Shown: positions 35,937 through 46,044 of the stretch, piece after piece
How the letters are laid out: the number at the start of each line of letters is the position of its first letter
Numbering within the stretch: the first letter of the stretch is position 1
DNA from: Sulfolobales archaeon
GTDB lineage: Archaea; Thermoproteota; Thermoprotei_A; Sulfolobales; NBVN01
Reading direction: 5' to 3'
Length of the DNA: 64,000 nucleotides
NCBI GenBank assembly: GCA_038844925.1
Contig: JAWBQY010000005.1
Coordinates: 6,325-70,324 of the forward strand
Translations under genes and position numbers: made by a program
Notes under the pieces: model-generated
What the model was told of the DNA's origin: nothing
What the model saw: the letters and a program-made list of their open reading frames with translations, nothing else
Databases searched by the model: none

Positions 35937-37280
35937 ATGAGGGTGAAAGCACTTATACTTAATAAGTTTGACCTAACTATGAGGGAGGGCATCCACCTAG
36001 ATGTAGAGTTATGTAAGTTATTTGAAGCTGAGTGCTACCCTATAATCACCGGAATTGTTAGGGAGGGTAATACCCTACTTAACGTAAAGGTTGAGGAGGT
36101 AATCAAGCAGCTTAAGACGTTAGACCTAAGTAAACTCAACACCCTTAAACTCAATGCTAGTATCGATCCTTCAATCATTAACTACATCTACGAACATGGA
36201 AGTACGTTAGAGGTTAAGGTCCTCACCCTAAATGGACGACCATCTGAATACTTAACTAAAGAATATTTAAGACAATTAAGTGTTAATAAGTTAGTCAATA
36301 TGTCAGATATCTTATTCATCACGTCTACCGAAGCTCAACAACTATCTAAGATGTTAAGTATTCCATTAGAATCTCTTCACGACCTCATTAAATCTTTATC
36401 AGATATGTTAAACATTAAAGGTGTTGGACTATTAAACCATGAGATAGGACATAACCTCTTCGTAAATATAATCTACCATGATGAAACATACCTCGAGCTT
36501 AGGAAGCAGGTAGAACTTCCTAAGGACTTAGTAGCTACTTATACTGCCTTAGGCTTGGCTCGTAAGATGAGGTTGGAGGACGTGGTTAAGAATGCTTTAG
36601 AATTTGCTGAGAGGTCGGTAGAGTATGGATTAAGGTGTGGGGAACATATCATGCCGGATGTGTATTGGTATTCAACAATGCTTGCTGAGAAGTTTAAAGT
36701 TCTTAGTGAGCTAGCCAGTACAGTTAACTTAATAGAGGAGAACTCCCATTTAATAGTAGACTTAATACCTGAGGTTCAGATGAATTTAGCTTACTCACTA
36801 CCTAAGCGGTTTGTAAGAGGTTTAAGTGATATTGCCGCCATCCCGGGTAGGATCGTTAGAGTAGGTAACATGGTTAAGGCTGCCTCATCGCCTGAGTTCG
36901 GCGCTTCTAAACACTTAGCTAGGGCTTTAATGAAGGTCATGGAGTACAACCCTAAGATCAGGTCGATAGCTAATATAAGGTTTGACGACTTAATACTTAA
37001 AGCTATTGAGAGGTTAGGGTATACGGTCTCATTCTACGATAGGGCCTTGGAGCCCCAGGAGGTTAAGAGGGTTGAAGGAGCTACCATTCCCTGGGGCGTT
37101 GAAGAAGCTATTAAGAGGGTTGGTTACGTACCAGATGTAATCTACCATAAAGGTGATTACGGTAAGGAGGCTATGATAACAGTCCTTGGTGAAACTCCTG
37201 CTGAAGTAGTTAGTAAGCTATTAAGCATTGGGAGAACTTTAAAGGAGTTGAAGTCATGTTTAAATAGTGAGTCAGCTTAG
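35937..37280 (+). CDS. ThiDN-like protein: divergent ribokinase-fold (ThiD-like) N-domain fused to ThiN thiamine-phosphate synthase domain
   Basis: The C-terminal half matches the ThiN pattern (IPEVQMNLAYSLP...AIPGRIVRVG...FGASKHLA...). The N-terminal half has ThiD-like topology, but the GSDxxGGAG and GTGC motifs are not recognisable. Confidence 0.6.
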   Translation: MRVKALILNKFDLTMREGIHLDVELCKLFEAECYPIITGIVREGNTLLNVKVEEVIKQLKTLDLSKLNTLKLNASIDPSIINYIYEHGSTLEVKVLTLNGRPSEYLTKEYLRQLSVNKLVNMSDILFITSTEAQQLSKMLSIPLESLHDLIKSLSDMLNIKGVGLLNHEIGHNLFVNIIYHDETYLELRKQVELPKDLVATYTALGLARKMRLEDVVKNALEFAERSVEYGLRCGEHIMPDVYWYSTMLAEKFKVLSELASTVNLIEENSHLIVDLIPEVQMNLAYSLPKRFVRGLSDIAAIPGRIVRVGNMVKAASSPEFGASKHLARALMKVMEYNPKIRSIANIRFDDLILKAIERLGYTVSFYDRALEPQEVKRVEGATIPWGVEEAIKRVGYVPDVIYHKGDYGKEAMITVLGETPAEVVSKLLSIGRTLKELKSCLNSESA

Positions 37281-37313
37281 GGTATAAAGCTTAGATTTTA
37301 AAGGTATATCTTA

Positions 37314-38606
37314 ATGAGTTCCTCTAAAAAGTACTGCCTAGTCATACCATATGCAGAGGATAACAAATATAGCATTCATGTGTTAATAGCTGCTATTGAG
37401 GCCAACAAGATAGATATAGATATATACTTAACTAGGATGGGTGACTTCAATAAGGTGGTTAATTTCCTCTTAACAAGTTATGATAAGGTTATCGTAGGCA
37501 TTTCACTTATGACCACACAGCTACCTGAGATGTTACCATTTCTAGAAAGTTTAAAGGAGTTGAAGGACTCCCTTAATGGGAGATTGCTCTTAGTTGGAGG
37601 AGGACCCCATGTAAGTGGGGACCCCTTAGGTTCTCTGAAGCGTTTAGGATTTGACTTCGTATTTATTGGCGAGGCTGAGAAATCATTCACAGAATTTCTT
37701 AGTAAGTTATTAGAAGGCCTTGATTTCAAGGACGTAAAGGGCATAGCGTATATAGAGGATGATAAAGTATTAATTAAGTATGATGATCATGTGGTAAATC
37801 TTAATGAGTTTCCTCCAATATCACTTAAGTATGGGCTATTCAACCCTATAGAAGTGAGTAGGGGGTGTCCTTATGCATGTAAGTACTGCCAGGTGAGCTA
37901 TATCTTTGGCAGGTTAATGAGGCATAGATCATTGGATATAGTATTAAGGTATTGTAGAGAGTTAATTAAGAGGGGTATCAACGACTTAAGGTTTATCTCA
38001 CCTAATATACTCGCATATGGGGGTAGCGGTACTAAGGTGAACTTCAACGCATTAGCAGAGTTTGTTGAAGGTATTAAAAAATTGAAGGATTTAGGGGGTA
38101 GGCCATACCTAGGTTCATTCCCTAGTGAGATGAGACCTGACTTCATAGAGCCGGATACCATTAAATTAATTAAAGACGTAGTAAGTAATAGGAAGGTATC
38201 TATAGGTGTTCAATCAGGGTCTGATAGAGTTCTTAAGGAGTTAAATAGGGGTCATACAGTTGAAGACGCGTTAAATGCTATTAATTTATTAAGGAGTTAT
38301 GGCTTCGTAGTTGATGCTGACTTAATAGTAGGGTTGCCTAATGAAGACTTAGCAGATTCTCTTAAAACGTTAGAACTAATTCAAAAACTCATCGATTTAG
38401 GGGGTGTTAGGATACACCTCCACCACTATATACCACTACCCGGAACACCGCTGGCTAAATACGGGTTAAGACCTATACCCGAAGTGGTTAGAAGTAAGTT
38501 AATGAGGCTTTTAGGGAAGGGAGTTGTTTTCGGTAATTGGCTTAGGCAGGAGGTATTAGCATATAAGATTCAGGAGTTAAGGATGGGTGGGGTGATACTA
38601 AATTAA
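37314..38606 (+). CDS. B12-binding domain / radical SAM domain protein
   Basis: The N-terminal Rossmann-like B12-binding region contains VGGGPHVSGDP. The radical SAM motif is RGCPYACKYCQV (CxxxCxxC). Confidence 0.85.
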   Translation: MSSSKKYCLVIPYAEDNKYSIHVLIAAIEANKIDIDIYLTRMGDFNKVVNFLLTSYDKVIVGISLMTTQLPEMLPFLESLKELKDSLNGRLLLVGGGPHVSGDPLGSLKRLGFDFVFIGEAEKSFTEFLSKLLEGLDFKDVKGIAYIEDDKVLIKYDDHVVNLNEFPPISLKYGLFNPIEVSRGCPYACKYCQVSYIFGRLMRHRSLDIVLRYCRELIKRGINDLRFISPNILAYGGSGTKVNFNALAEFVEGIKKLKDLGGRPYLGSFPSEMRPDFIEPDTIKLIKDVVSNRKVSIGVQSGSDRVLKELNRGHTVEDALNAINLLRSYGFVVDADLIVGLPNEDLADSLKTLELIQKLIDLGGVRIHLHHYIPLPGTPLAKYGLRPIPEVVRSKLMRLLGKGVVFGNWLRQEVLAYKIQELRMGGVILN

Positions 38607-38660
38607 CATGCTATTCAAACCTCATCTTAACTTATTTAAGAATCCCTTAGGTGCGGTAAG

Positions 38661-39371
38661 TTGGAGTTAATTGGAGACCTCCACATCCACTCAATAGTTA
38701 GCGATGGCTCCCTACATCCGTCAGAGGTCGTTAAAATATCTAGAAATAGGTCAATAAGCATTATCTCGATAACAGACCATAACACGTTTCTAGGTAGTAT
38801 GATTGCCAGTAGGTACGTGGATAGGAGGTATCAACTACTCATCTACGGCGCTGAAGTAAGGACATACTTAGGTGATGTCCTCGTACTCTGCCCCCAACCA
38901 ATAGCAATAACGTCTAACTTATCTGAGATTGTTGACTTATGCAACGATAATAACTGCCTTCTAATTCCTGCACATCCGTACGATGTCTTAAGGCTAGGTA
39001 TTAGAGGAAACATCTCTACGGACTTATGGGATGCTATTGAAGTATTCAATAGCTCAAGCGATTTGATCTCAAACCTCATTACCTACATCTTAACCAGAAA
39101 TACTGACATACCATTACTATCTAATTCAGATGCTCATGTAGGGGAACTTATCGGGAGTTCCTACAATATTATCAGTATTGACCACTACAGCGTAGATGAT
39201 GTCTTAGAATCTATTAGGAAGGGGAGGGTAGTGCCAATCATGAAGTACTCCTTAAGAGGGAGTATTAGTAGGGTTTCTTGGGGCTTAAAAAGGTATTTAA
39301 ATGGCTATAAATTTATAGATATTAAACATCTTAACGAAGAATTTAGGGCTAGTATGTCATATCAAAGTTGA
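38661..39371 (+). CDS. PHP-domain metal-dependent phosphoesterase
   Basis: GDLHIHSIVSDGS, ISITDHN, PAHP and NSDAH are present in the order typical of PHP domains. Confidence 0.8.
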   Translation: MELIGDLHIHSIVSDGSLHPSEVVKISRNRSISIISITDHNTFLGSMIASRYVDRRYQLLIYGAEVRTYLGDVLVLCPQPIAITSNLSEIVDLCNDNNCLLIPAHPYDVLRLGIRGNISTDLWDAIEVFNSSSDLISNLITYILTRNTDIPLLSNSDAHVGELIGSSYNIISIDHYSVDDVLESIRKGRVVPIMKYSLRGSISRVSWGLKRYLNGYKFIDIKHLNEEFRASMSYQS

Positions 39372-39416
39372 ATGCGATGCTGTTTAAGTCTAATTATAAT
39401 AGTAGGTGATGACCGC

Positions 39417-41531
39417 ATGAACTACGACTTCGCACATGTGGAGGAGTTTAACATACCTAAGACCGTCTTAGAGGGTATTAAATCTAAGGGTATTAAATAC
39501 TTCACACCCCCTCAGGCAGATGCCTTACGTGCCGGACTACTTAAGTGGAGGAATTTACTAGTTGTAGCACCAACGGCTAGTGGGAAAACACTGATAGGTG
39601 AGTTAGCAGTAGTTAACGCTGCGTTAAATGGGGGTATAGGTATATACACAACACCGCTTAAGGCGTTAGCCTCCGAGAAATTTGAGGAATTTAAGTTCTG
39701 GGAGAGTTACGGATTTAAGGTAGGTATATCTACTGGGGATTACGACGAGTCTGGGGAATACCTTAAGAAGTATGATATACTAATTACCACTTATGAGAGG
39801 TTAGACTCTATTTTAAGACATAGGCCTACATGGCTTAGTAGGGTTAGAACTTTAGTAGTTGATGAACTCCATAACGTCGGGGATAGTGATAGAGGACCTA
39901 TACTAGAGCTAATATGCGCTAGAGTCCTCACACTTGGCGCGCAGATCGTTGGTTTAAGTGCTACTATAGGGAATCCGGAATCTATAGCTAAGTGGTTAAA
40001 CGCAGAGTTAGTTGTAAGTGATTGGAGGCCTGTAAAACTTATTGAAGGTTTTTACGATAGGAGGAGGAATGTAATAGAATTTAATGATGGTAGGTTAGAA
40101 GTAGTTAATAATGACTTAATAACTCATTGCGTTAGGCAAGCCCTAGATGAGGATTATCAATTACTGATATTCAAGCAGTCTAGGAAGCAGGCAGAAACGA
40201 CTGCTTATAAGTTAGTAGAATTGGTTAAGAATTCTTTAAAAGCAGATCCAACCCCCCTAATAGACATGATTAAGTCTGAATCCCCATCACGTAGTGAGGT
40301 TGAATCCCTAACAAAGCTCATATGCTGTGGTGTTTCATACCACCACGCAGGTCTTTCACCAATAGCTAGGAGAGTTATTGAGGAGGGATTTAGGAAGGGT
40401 TTGATCAGAGTTGTTATCGCGACTCCGACCTTAGCTGCTGGTATTAACGTCCCAGCCCGTAGGGTGTTAATATATACTAGGAGGTTTGAAGAAGGCTTTA
40501 TGAAGCCTATATCAATTATGGAGTATAAGCAGATGGGTGGTAGGGCTGGTAGGCCTCAATTCGACCCATACGGTGAGGTTGTAATAGCAGATGTTGCTAC
40601 GGCTGCTGAGGGTAGGAAGTATATTTATGGGAAGGTGGAGGAGGTTACATCAGCCCTCACTACTATGAGGTCTTTAAGGATTCACCTACTAGCTTCTATA
40701 GCTGCTGGATATGTAAGGAATGAAAAAGAGTTAGATAGATTTTTCAGTAAGACACTGGCCTTTAACTCTCCAGTATTTGTTGTTAGTAGGTCCAGCATAC
40801 ATAGGGTTATTGATGAATTAGCTTCTATGGGGATGTTGAAGTTAGAGGGTAAGGACTACATACCTACTGAGTTGGGTATAACTGTCTCAAACCTCTATGT
40901 AGACCCCCTAACAGCTAGAATAATCATTAAGTATTTAAGCTACGTAGATGACGTTAAAGACCTCTACTACCTTCACCTAATATCCATCACACCCGACTTT
41001 AACAGAGTTAGGATTACAGGTTACAGCAGGTTAGAAGAGGATGCACTCTCACTATCCGACCTAGGTTTAATACCCGATATAAATGTTGTGAAGGAAGTTA
41101 ACTACAACGATTGGTTGAGGGGGTTTAAAATAGCTTTAATCCTTAACGACTGGATTAATGAGCTCGACGAGGATTCTATAATAAGGAAGTATGATATAGG
41201 GTTAGGCGACCTTCTAACCATAACAGATACTAGTAGTTGGATAGCCCACGCAGCCAGCGCGATATGCCGTACAGCCCAATTAAAAAGGCATGGAGAGAAA
41301 TTTGAAGTACTATCCAAACGTATTGATGTGGGTGTTAAGGAAGATGTCTTAGAGTTAACTCAACTGAAGGGCGTTGGAAGGGTAAGAGCTAGGATACTAC
41401 TGGAGAGCGGATTCAGAACTTTAGAGGACTTAGCTAAGGCTGATCCCTCACGACTAGCTAGATTACCTACCTTCGGTGAGAAATTAGCTTACGACCTAAT
41501 AGCTCAGGCTAAGGAATTAATTAGAAGGTGA
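39417..41531 (+). CDS. hel308: Hel308/Hjm-type Ski2-like DNA helicase
   Basis: Walker A APTASGKT, the VVDELH box, SATIGN and the QMGGRAGRP motif VI are present, plus a C-terminal HhH-like domain. The start ATG at 39417 is preceded by GGTGAT. Confidence 0.9.
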   Translation: MNYDFAHVEEFNIPKTVLEGIKSKGIKYFTPPQADALRAGLLKWRNLLVVAPTASGKTLIGELAVVNAALNGGIGIYTTPLKALASEKFEEFKFWESYGFKVGISTGDYDESGEYLKKYDILITTYERLDSILRHRPTWLSRVRTLVVDELHNVGDSDRGPILELICARVLTLGAQIVGLSATIGNPESIAKWLNAELVVSDWRPVKLIEGFYDRRRNVIEFNDGRLEVVNNDLITHCVRQALDEDYQLLIFKQSRKQAETTAYKLVELVKNSLKADPTPLIDMIKSESPSRSEVESLTKLICCGVSYHHAGLSPIARRVIEEGFRKGLIRVVIATPTLAAGINVPARRVLIYTRRFEEGFMKPISIMEYKQMGGRAGRPQFDPYGEVVIADVATAAEGRKYIYGKVEEVTSALTTMRSLRIHLLASIAAGYVRNEKELDRFFSKTLAFNSPVFVVSRSSIHRVIDELASMGMLKLEGKDYIPTELGITVSNLYVDPLTARIIIKYLSYVDDVKDLYYLHLISITPDFNRVRITGYSRLEEDALSLSDLGLIPDINVVKEVNYNDWLRGFKIALILNDWINELDEDSIIRKYDIGLGDLLTITDTSSWIAHAASAICRTAQLKRHGEKFEVLSKRIDVGVKEDVLELTQLKGVGRVRARILLESGFRTLEDLAKADPSRLARLPTFGEKLAYDLIAQAKELIRR

Positions 41532-43187
41532 GGTTCGAAGGACTTCAGAGTTAATTAGTGAGAGAATAGCTGAAATGTCTAATTCCATCACAGCTACAGG
41601 CATCGTAATCTCTAAGTAATTAAGTATTCTCGGATGTATTTCCCCGACCACTCCAATCGTTAAATCGCCTACGACGACCTCACCGCACCTACCGCTAATC
41701 ATCATAGGGTTCACACACTTTCTTAACGAGTACTTCACCCCTAATACGTACATTAACGACTTCAGTACTACTAACATATCTGTTAGTGTTACATCCTCAG
41801 CAGAAGCTACTACTCCAACCTTCCTGAGACTGCTAGCTAGGTTGTTACTTAGGTTGACTACATCCCCTACCTCAAATAGTCTAATGTTTTTAGAGTATGG
41901 TAGGTTGGTCTTAACAGACTGAAGTAGTGATGGTATTAAAGAACTCCTAACAGCTGAGTATGCCTTCATTTTAGGGTTTTCAAGTACTACGTAATTATTA
42001 ATTCCTAAAACTTCTAGGAATTCGGAATCAGTTAGCATGAAGTTTACGACCTCACTATACCCTAACCCGATCATCAAGTCTTTAACGAGTTTTGAAAGTC
42101 TTTCCAGAGGGTGTATACCTCCGGGATGTGTTGGTGGGATTAAATCACTGGTTATTCTCTCATAACCGTATGCAATCGCTACTTCTTCAATTAAATCAAC
42201 CTCCTGCATTACATCAATCCTATAGGGGGGTACTGAAACGAAGAAGGCCTCACCACTCACTGACCTTACGTTAAAGCCTGAAGTCTTCAAGCATTTCACT
42301 ACTTCATCCTGAGTTAATTCAATACCTACTAATCTCCTTATATTACTTAGTCTTAATTCAACTACCTTTGGATGGTATCTAGGACTCCATATAATGTTAC
42401 TTCCATCGACTACCTTAACCTTAAACACCTCTACATTCTCTCCCCTCTCAACTAAGGCACCTATGACTAAATTCATAATCCTAAACATTAGCTCTAATTC
42501 AGTACCGGTAATATCTATGAAGACTTCTTTAGTATTTGGTGTTATCCTAGTATACTCGCTATTGATTATAGGGGGCATTGAGAGAACTGTACCGGTAGAA
42601 TCTATTAAGAGTGGGTACTCACCCTCCCTAACTAAGTGTTTATACTTAACACCCTTATCAACAGTATTAAGTATCTCCTTAATACTCATCAAGTATTCAT
42701 AACCTAATGGTTTGAATGTAAACTCGCTTACAGCTTTATAGTATATCGGTGGTTTCACCTGGCTGAAGTCGTGGATGCCAATAGCGACTAATGCTCTATC
42801 ACCACAGTAGCTGAAATGTATTTTCTCCTGAAGCTGAAATAACTGCGATATACTCTCATCATCTAGGTTTAAACCCTTGACAACAGCCCCTAACACGTAC
42901 GGTCTGTAAGAAGGTTTATTAGAAGTGATTACCTCTACTTCTGAGTCCTTAATCGGTAATTCTTTAAACCCCTCCTCACGCCCTACAAGGTTTCTTAACG
43001 CTCTTCCCAAACCCTCAGCTGAGAAGAGGTCTGGCCTATCGTACGAGGCTTCGTAAATTAGTTTATCACCCCTAACTTCTACGAGCTCGCATTTAAGCTT
43101 GGCTAAGTATTTTTCAAGTTCTTCATAACTAATATACGTCTTAGCTATACGTTCGACATCTGATATTTTGACCTCAACTGTAGGCAT
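41517..43187 (-). CDS. pheT: phenylalanine--tRNA ligase beta subunit
   Basis: The archaeal PheT N-terminus MPTVEVKISDVERI, B3/B4 and B5 regions are present. The ~550 aa gene lies immediately downstream of pheS. Confidence 0.9.
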   Translation of the reverse strand: MPTVEVKISDVERIAKTYISYEELEKYLAKLKCELVEVRGDKLIYEASYDRPDLFSAEGLGRALRNLVGREEGFKELPIKDSEVEVITSNKPSYRPYVLGAVVKGLNLDDESISQLFQLQEKIHFSYCGDRALVAIGIHDFSQVKPPIYYKAVSEFTFKPLGYEYLMSIKEILNTVDKGVKYKHLVREGEYPLLIDSTGTVLSMPPIINSEYTRITPNTKEVFIDITGTELELMFRIMNLVIGALVERGENVEVFKVKVVDGSNIIWSPRYHPKVVELRLSNIRRLVGIELTQDEVVKCLKTSGFNVRSVSGEAFFVSVPPYRIDVMQEVDLIEEVAIAYGYERITSDLIPPTHPGGIHPLERLSKLVKDLMIGLGYSEVVNFMLTDSEFLEVLGINNYVVLENPKMKAYSAVRSSLIPSLLQSVKTNLPYSKNIRLFEVGDVVNLSNNLASSLRKVGVVASAEDVTLTDMLVVLKSLMYVLGVKYSLRKCVNPMMISGRCGEVVVGDLTIGVVGEIHPRILNYLEITMPVAVMELDISAILSLINSEVLRTSPSN

Positions 43188-43189
43188 GG

Positions 43190-44743
43190 CTAACCACTCA
43201 ACATGGTCTTAGGTATTCTCAGCTTTCTAATTACGTCTAAGGAATTAGTGTATAAGTCCCTTATATCATCTACGTCCAAGACCATCATAGCTATCCTATC
43301 AATACCTATCCCCCAAGCAGCTACGTTACAGCTAACCACGTTAAGAGGTCTTAAAACCTCAGGTCTGAACATCCCGCCGGGGAAGACTTCAATCCACCCT
43401 AACTTTGGGTGTTTTACATATCCCTCAACGCTAGGCTCTGTGAATGGGAAGTATGCAGGTTTAAATAAAACTTCACCTAAACCTAAACGTTTGGCGAATT
43501 CCTTAAAGAAGCCTAGTAAGTGCTTAAAGGCTACATACCTACCAACTATTATACCCTCAAGTTGGTGAAACTCCATGAGGTGTGTCGGGTCCGGCGTGTC
43601 CGGTCTGAACACCCTATCCAACGAGAAGCACCTATACTCACCCTCACCCCTCTCATATATAGTACGCATAGAAACAGACGTCGTATGAGTCCGGAGTATT
43701 AGTCTTAAAGCCTTACTCGGATCCCACTTACATCCCCACCCAGTAGAATTAGCTATTCCTCCACTTTCGTGGACATCCCTAACCTTATCTAACACTCCAG
43801 CATCCACTACGGATTGCGGTGGAGGGACGTTTTTAATGAAGTACACATCCGTCGTAGATCGAGCTGGATGGTATTGAGGTAGGTAAAGTATGTCAAAGTT
43901 CCAGAACTCTAACTCAACATGAGGTCCCCTCATCTCCTCAAACCCCATTGAAACTACAACCTCTCTAACATGGTTTAAAAACTCTGCATATGGGTGCTTC
44001 CTACTGGGATGTATGAGTGGTACCTCAACACTTAGGTCGAATTCCTTAAATTCAACTTCCCTCCAACCACCGCTTGATATTAAATCAGGTGTTAATACCG
44101 TAACTACTTCCTTAGTAATAATTAAACCTTCTCTAAGTGCGTTTAACGCTGTGTTAGTGAGTTCTACCTTTAAATCCCTAACCTCGCTTACGTCTATAAA
44201 ACCCCTCCTCCTAACACTCATTAAGTTATCATCTAAGCGTTCTACTACTAATCCATTGGTCAACATCTTTAGGAATGAGGTTAGATCATCTAAATACTTC
44301 CTAAACACACCTACCTTAACCTCATCTAATAAGACCTCCACATAATTCCTACTAGTACTTACTATACCGTACTTCTTCAGAATTCCTAAGGCAGCTGAGA
44401 ATTCCTCACTCTCTAAGTTTGAGGTTGCTGCCAGTTCATCTATCCTTAATTTCCTAACCCCTCTTAATGAAAGATCGATTACTATGTTAAGCAACTTAGA
44501 CTCTGGTAAACCCTCTCTTAAGTACTTAACTCCTAACTCGCTTAGCTTGATGAGGTACTTTATAGATCTGTGTATTTTTATGAGGCCCTTCATCTCAAGT
44601 TCGGCAAGATCCCTCATAATGTCTTGAGCGTTGATACCCATACTCCTAGCCAACTCTTCAACATCTACAAGCGTAACTTTCCTATTAGCATACTCCTTCA
44701 AAGTATTAACTATGAAGTACTGCTTATTATTCAGCCTATACAT
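43190..44743 (-). CDS. pheS: phenylalanine--tRNA ligase alpha subunit
   Basis: N-terminal repeated wHTH modules are followed by the class II core (HPARSTTDVYF, FRPDT...HLMEFHQLEG, GIGIDRIAM). Confidence 0.9.
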   Translation of the reverse strand: MYRLNNKQYFIVNTLKEYANRKVTLVDVEELARSMGINAQDIMRDLAELEMKGLIKIHRSIKYLIKLSELGVKYLREGLPESKLLNIVIDLSLRGVRKLRIDELAATSNLESEEFSAALGILKKYGIVSTSRNYVEVLLDEVKVGVFRKYLDDLTSFLKMLTNGLVVERLDDNLMSVRRRGFIDVSEVRDLKVELTNTALNALREGLIITKEVVTVLTPDLISSGGWREVEFKEFDLSVEVPLIHPSRKHPYAEFLNHVREVVVSMGFEEMRGPHVELEFWNFDILYLPQYHPARSTTDVYFIKNVPPPQSVVDAGVLDKVRDVHESGGIANSTGWGCKWDPSKALRLILRTHTTSVSMRTIYERGEGEYRCFSLDRVFRPDTPDPTHLMEFHQLEGIIVGRYVAFKHLLGFFKEFAKRLGLGEVLFKPAYFPFTEPSVEGYVKHPKLGWIEVFPGGMFRPEVLRPLNVVSCNVAAWGIGIDRIAMMVLDVDDIRDLYTNSLDVIRKLRIPKTMLSG

Positions 44744-44827
44744 TTAGTCCTCCGTAAATCGTACTACGGAAAAAGATATTTAAGTATAAAGTAATTTTTA
44801 AATTAATGGCGTATCAACCCTTCAAGG

Positions 44828-45652
44828 ATGTTTGCTATGGATTTAAGCCTTATGATGATAGCGCTCTCATGCATGGGTGATGAATTAATTTACCTACTCA
44901 TAACCTCCATACTAGTAATAATGCGTAGGGATTTAGGTATTAAGATATTGACCACATTACTAATCACTATGTACTTAAATCAAACACTTAAGTTCTGGTT
45001 TAATATTCCTAGGCCTGCAGACCACTTAACCGCTCTACATTCCCTGCCACCACTTATTAAGTTATTAGTTGGTGGTGAGGGGCCTTCATTCCCAAGCGGT
45101 CATGCTCAAATATCATCTACTTTCTGGACTTCACTAACTTTAAACGTCCCCAGTAAGACTACTGCTACAACTATGGTAGTACTACCAATACTAATTGCTT
45201 ATTCTAGAATTGCTCTAGGGGTGCATACTCCCTTAGATGTTGTTGTAGCACTAATCATAGGTTATTCAATACCGTTAATAACAAACCTTACAGATGTAAC
45301 GCTTAAGAAATGCGGAAGTAGGTACGAGGTCCCCATAAAATTATCCCTACTTACATCTCTACTTATATTCTCAGTAGTGGTAGGCTACCCTAAACTAGCG
45401 TTGATTGCTGGGTTAATGGTTGCTGGAGTGATAGCCCATAAACTTACATTAGATAGTGGTAGGAGTTTTACTAAACGTCTCGGGACTTCAGCGCTTTCAT
45501 TAGTTACGTTGGCTTCGGGATATGCCCTACTGGACTTCATAGGGGGTTTAGATAATGCTGTTGTGGAGTTCGCAGTAGCGTTAGTTATAGGTATTACTGC
45601 CTACATAGTAATACCAGTCAAACTCAACGTCTTCAAGATTAGATGGCGTTAA
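44828..45652 (+). CDS. PAP2-family lipid phosphate phosphatase
   Basis: The three PAP2 motifs are KFWFNIPRP, PSGH and SRIALGVHTPLDV. It is a multi-TM protein. Confidence 0.8.
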   Translation: MFAMDLSLMMIALSCMGDELIYLLITSILVIMRRDLGIKILTTLLITMYLNQTLKFWFNIPRPADHLTALHSLPPLIKLLVGGEGPSFPSGHAQISSTFWTSLTLNVPSKTTATTMVVLPILIAYSRIALGVHTPLDVVVALIIGYSIPLITNLTDVTLKKCGSRYEVPIKLSLLTSLLIFSVVVGYPKLALIAGLMVAGVIAHKLTLDSGRSFTKRLGTSALSLVTLASGYALLDFIGGLDNAVVEFAVALVIGITAYIVIPVKLNVFKIRWR

Positions 45653-46038
45653 CTTCCCTTAGGTTTGAATTTAACTATGTAGGGTACGTAGCCATCTAAG
45701 GTCATTGCCGACCTCCTAATAGTGGCTTCTACCTCCATACCTATGTAGACCTCTTCAGGCTTTACGTTAGTTAGCTGTGTTAGCACTTTACCATTACTTG
45801 TTTCAATAAGCGCTATAACTAAAGGTGACATGTTTTCAAAACCCTCTATAGGTACGTTAACAACCGTATATGAGAGAATCCTCCCTGAGTTGCCTAAAGC
45901 TGTTTTCTCAACATTCCTTGAGGAGCACTTAGGGCATGCAGCCTTAGGTGGGTAGCACGTGTATCCGCAGTCCAAACATCTAATACCTACTAGGTCTAGG
46001 AGGACGTCCTTTAACCTCCATAATCTCTGAAACGACAT
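45649..46038 (-). CDS. DUF35 OB-fold / zinc-ribbon protein (second copy)
   Basis: A CLDCG...CPKCSS zinc ribbon plus an OB-like C-terminus. It is last in the second triad. Confidence 0.8.
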   Translation of the reverse strand: MSFQRLWRLKDVLLDLVGIRCLDCGYTCYPPKAACPKCSSRNVEKTALGNSGRILSYTVVNVPIEGFENMSPLVIALIETSNGKVLTQLTNVKPEEVYIGMEVEATIRRSAMTLDGYVPYIVKFKPKGS

Positions 46039-46044
46039 ACACTA

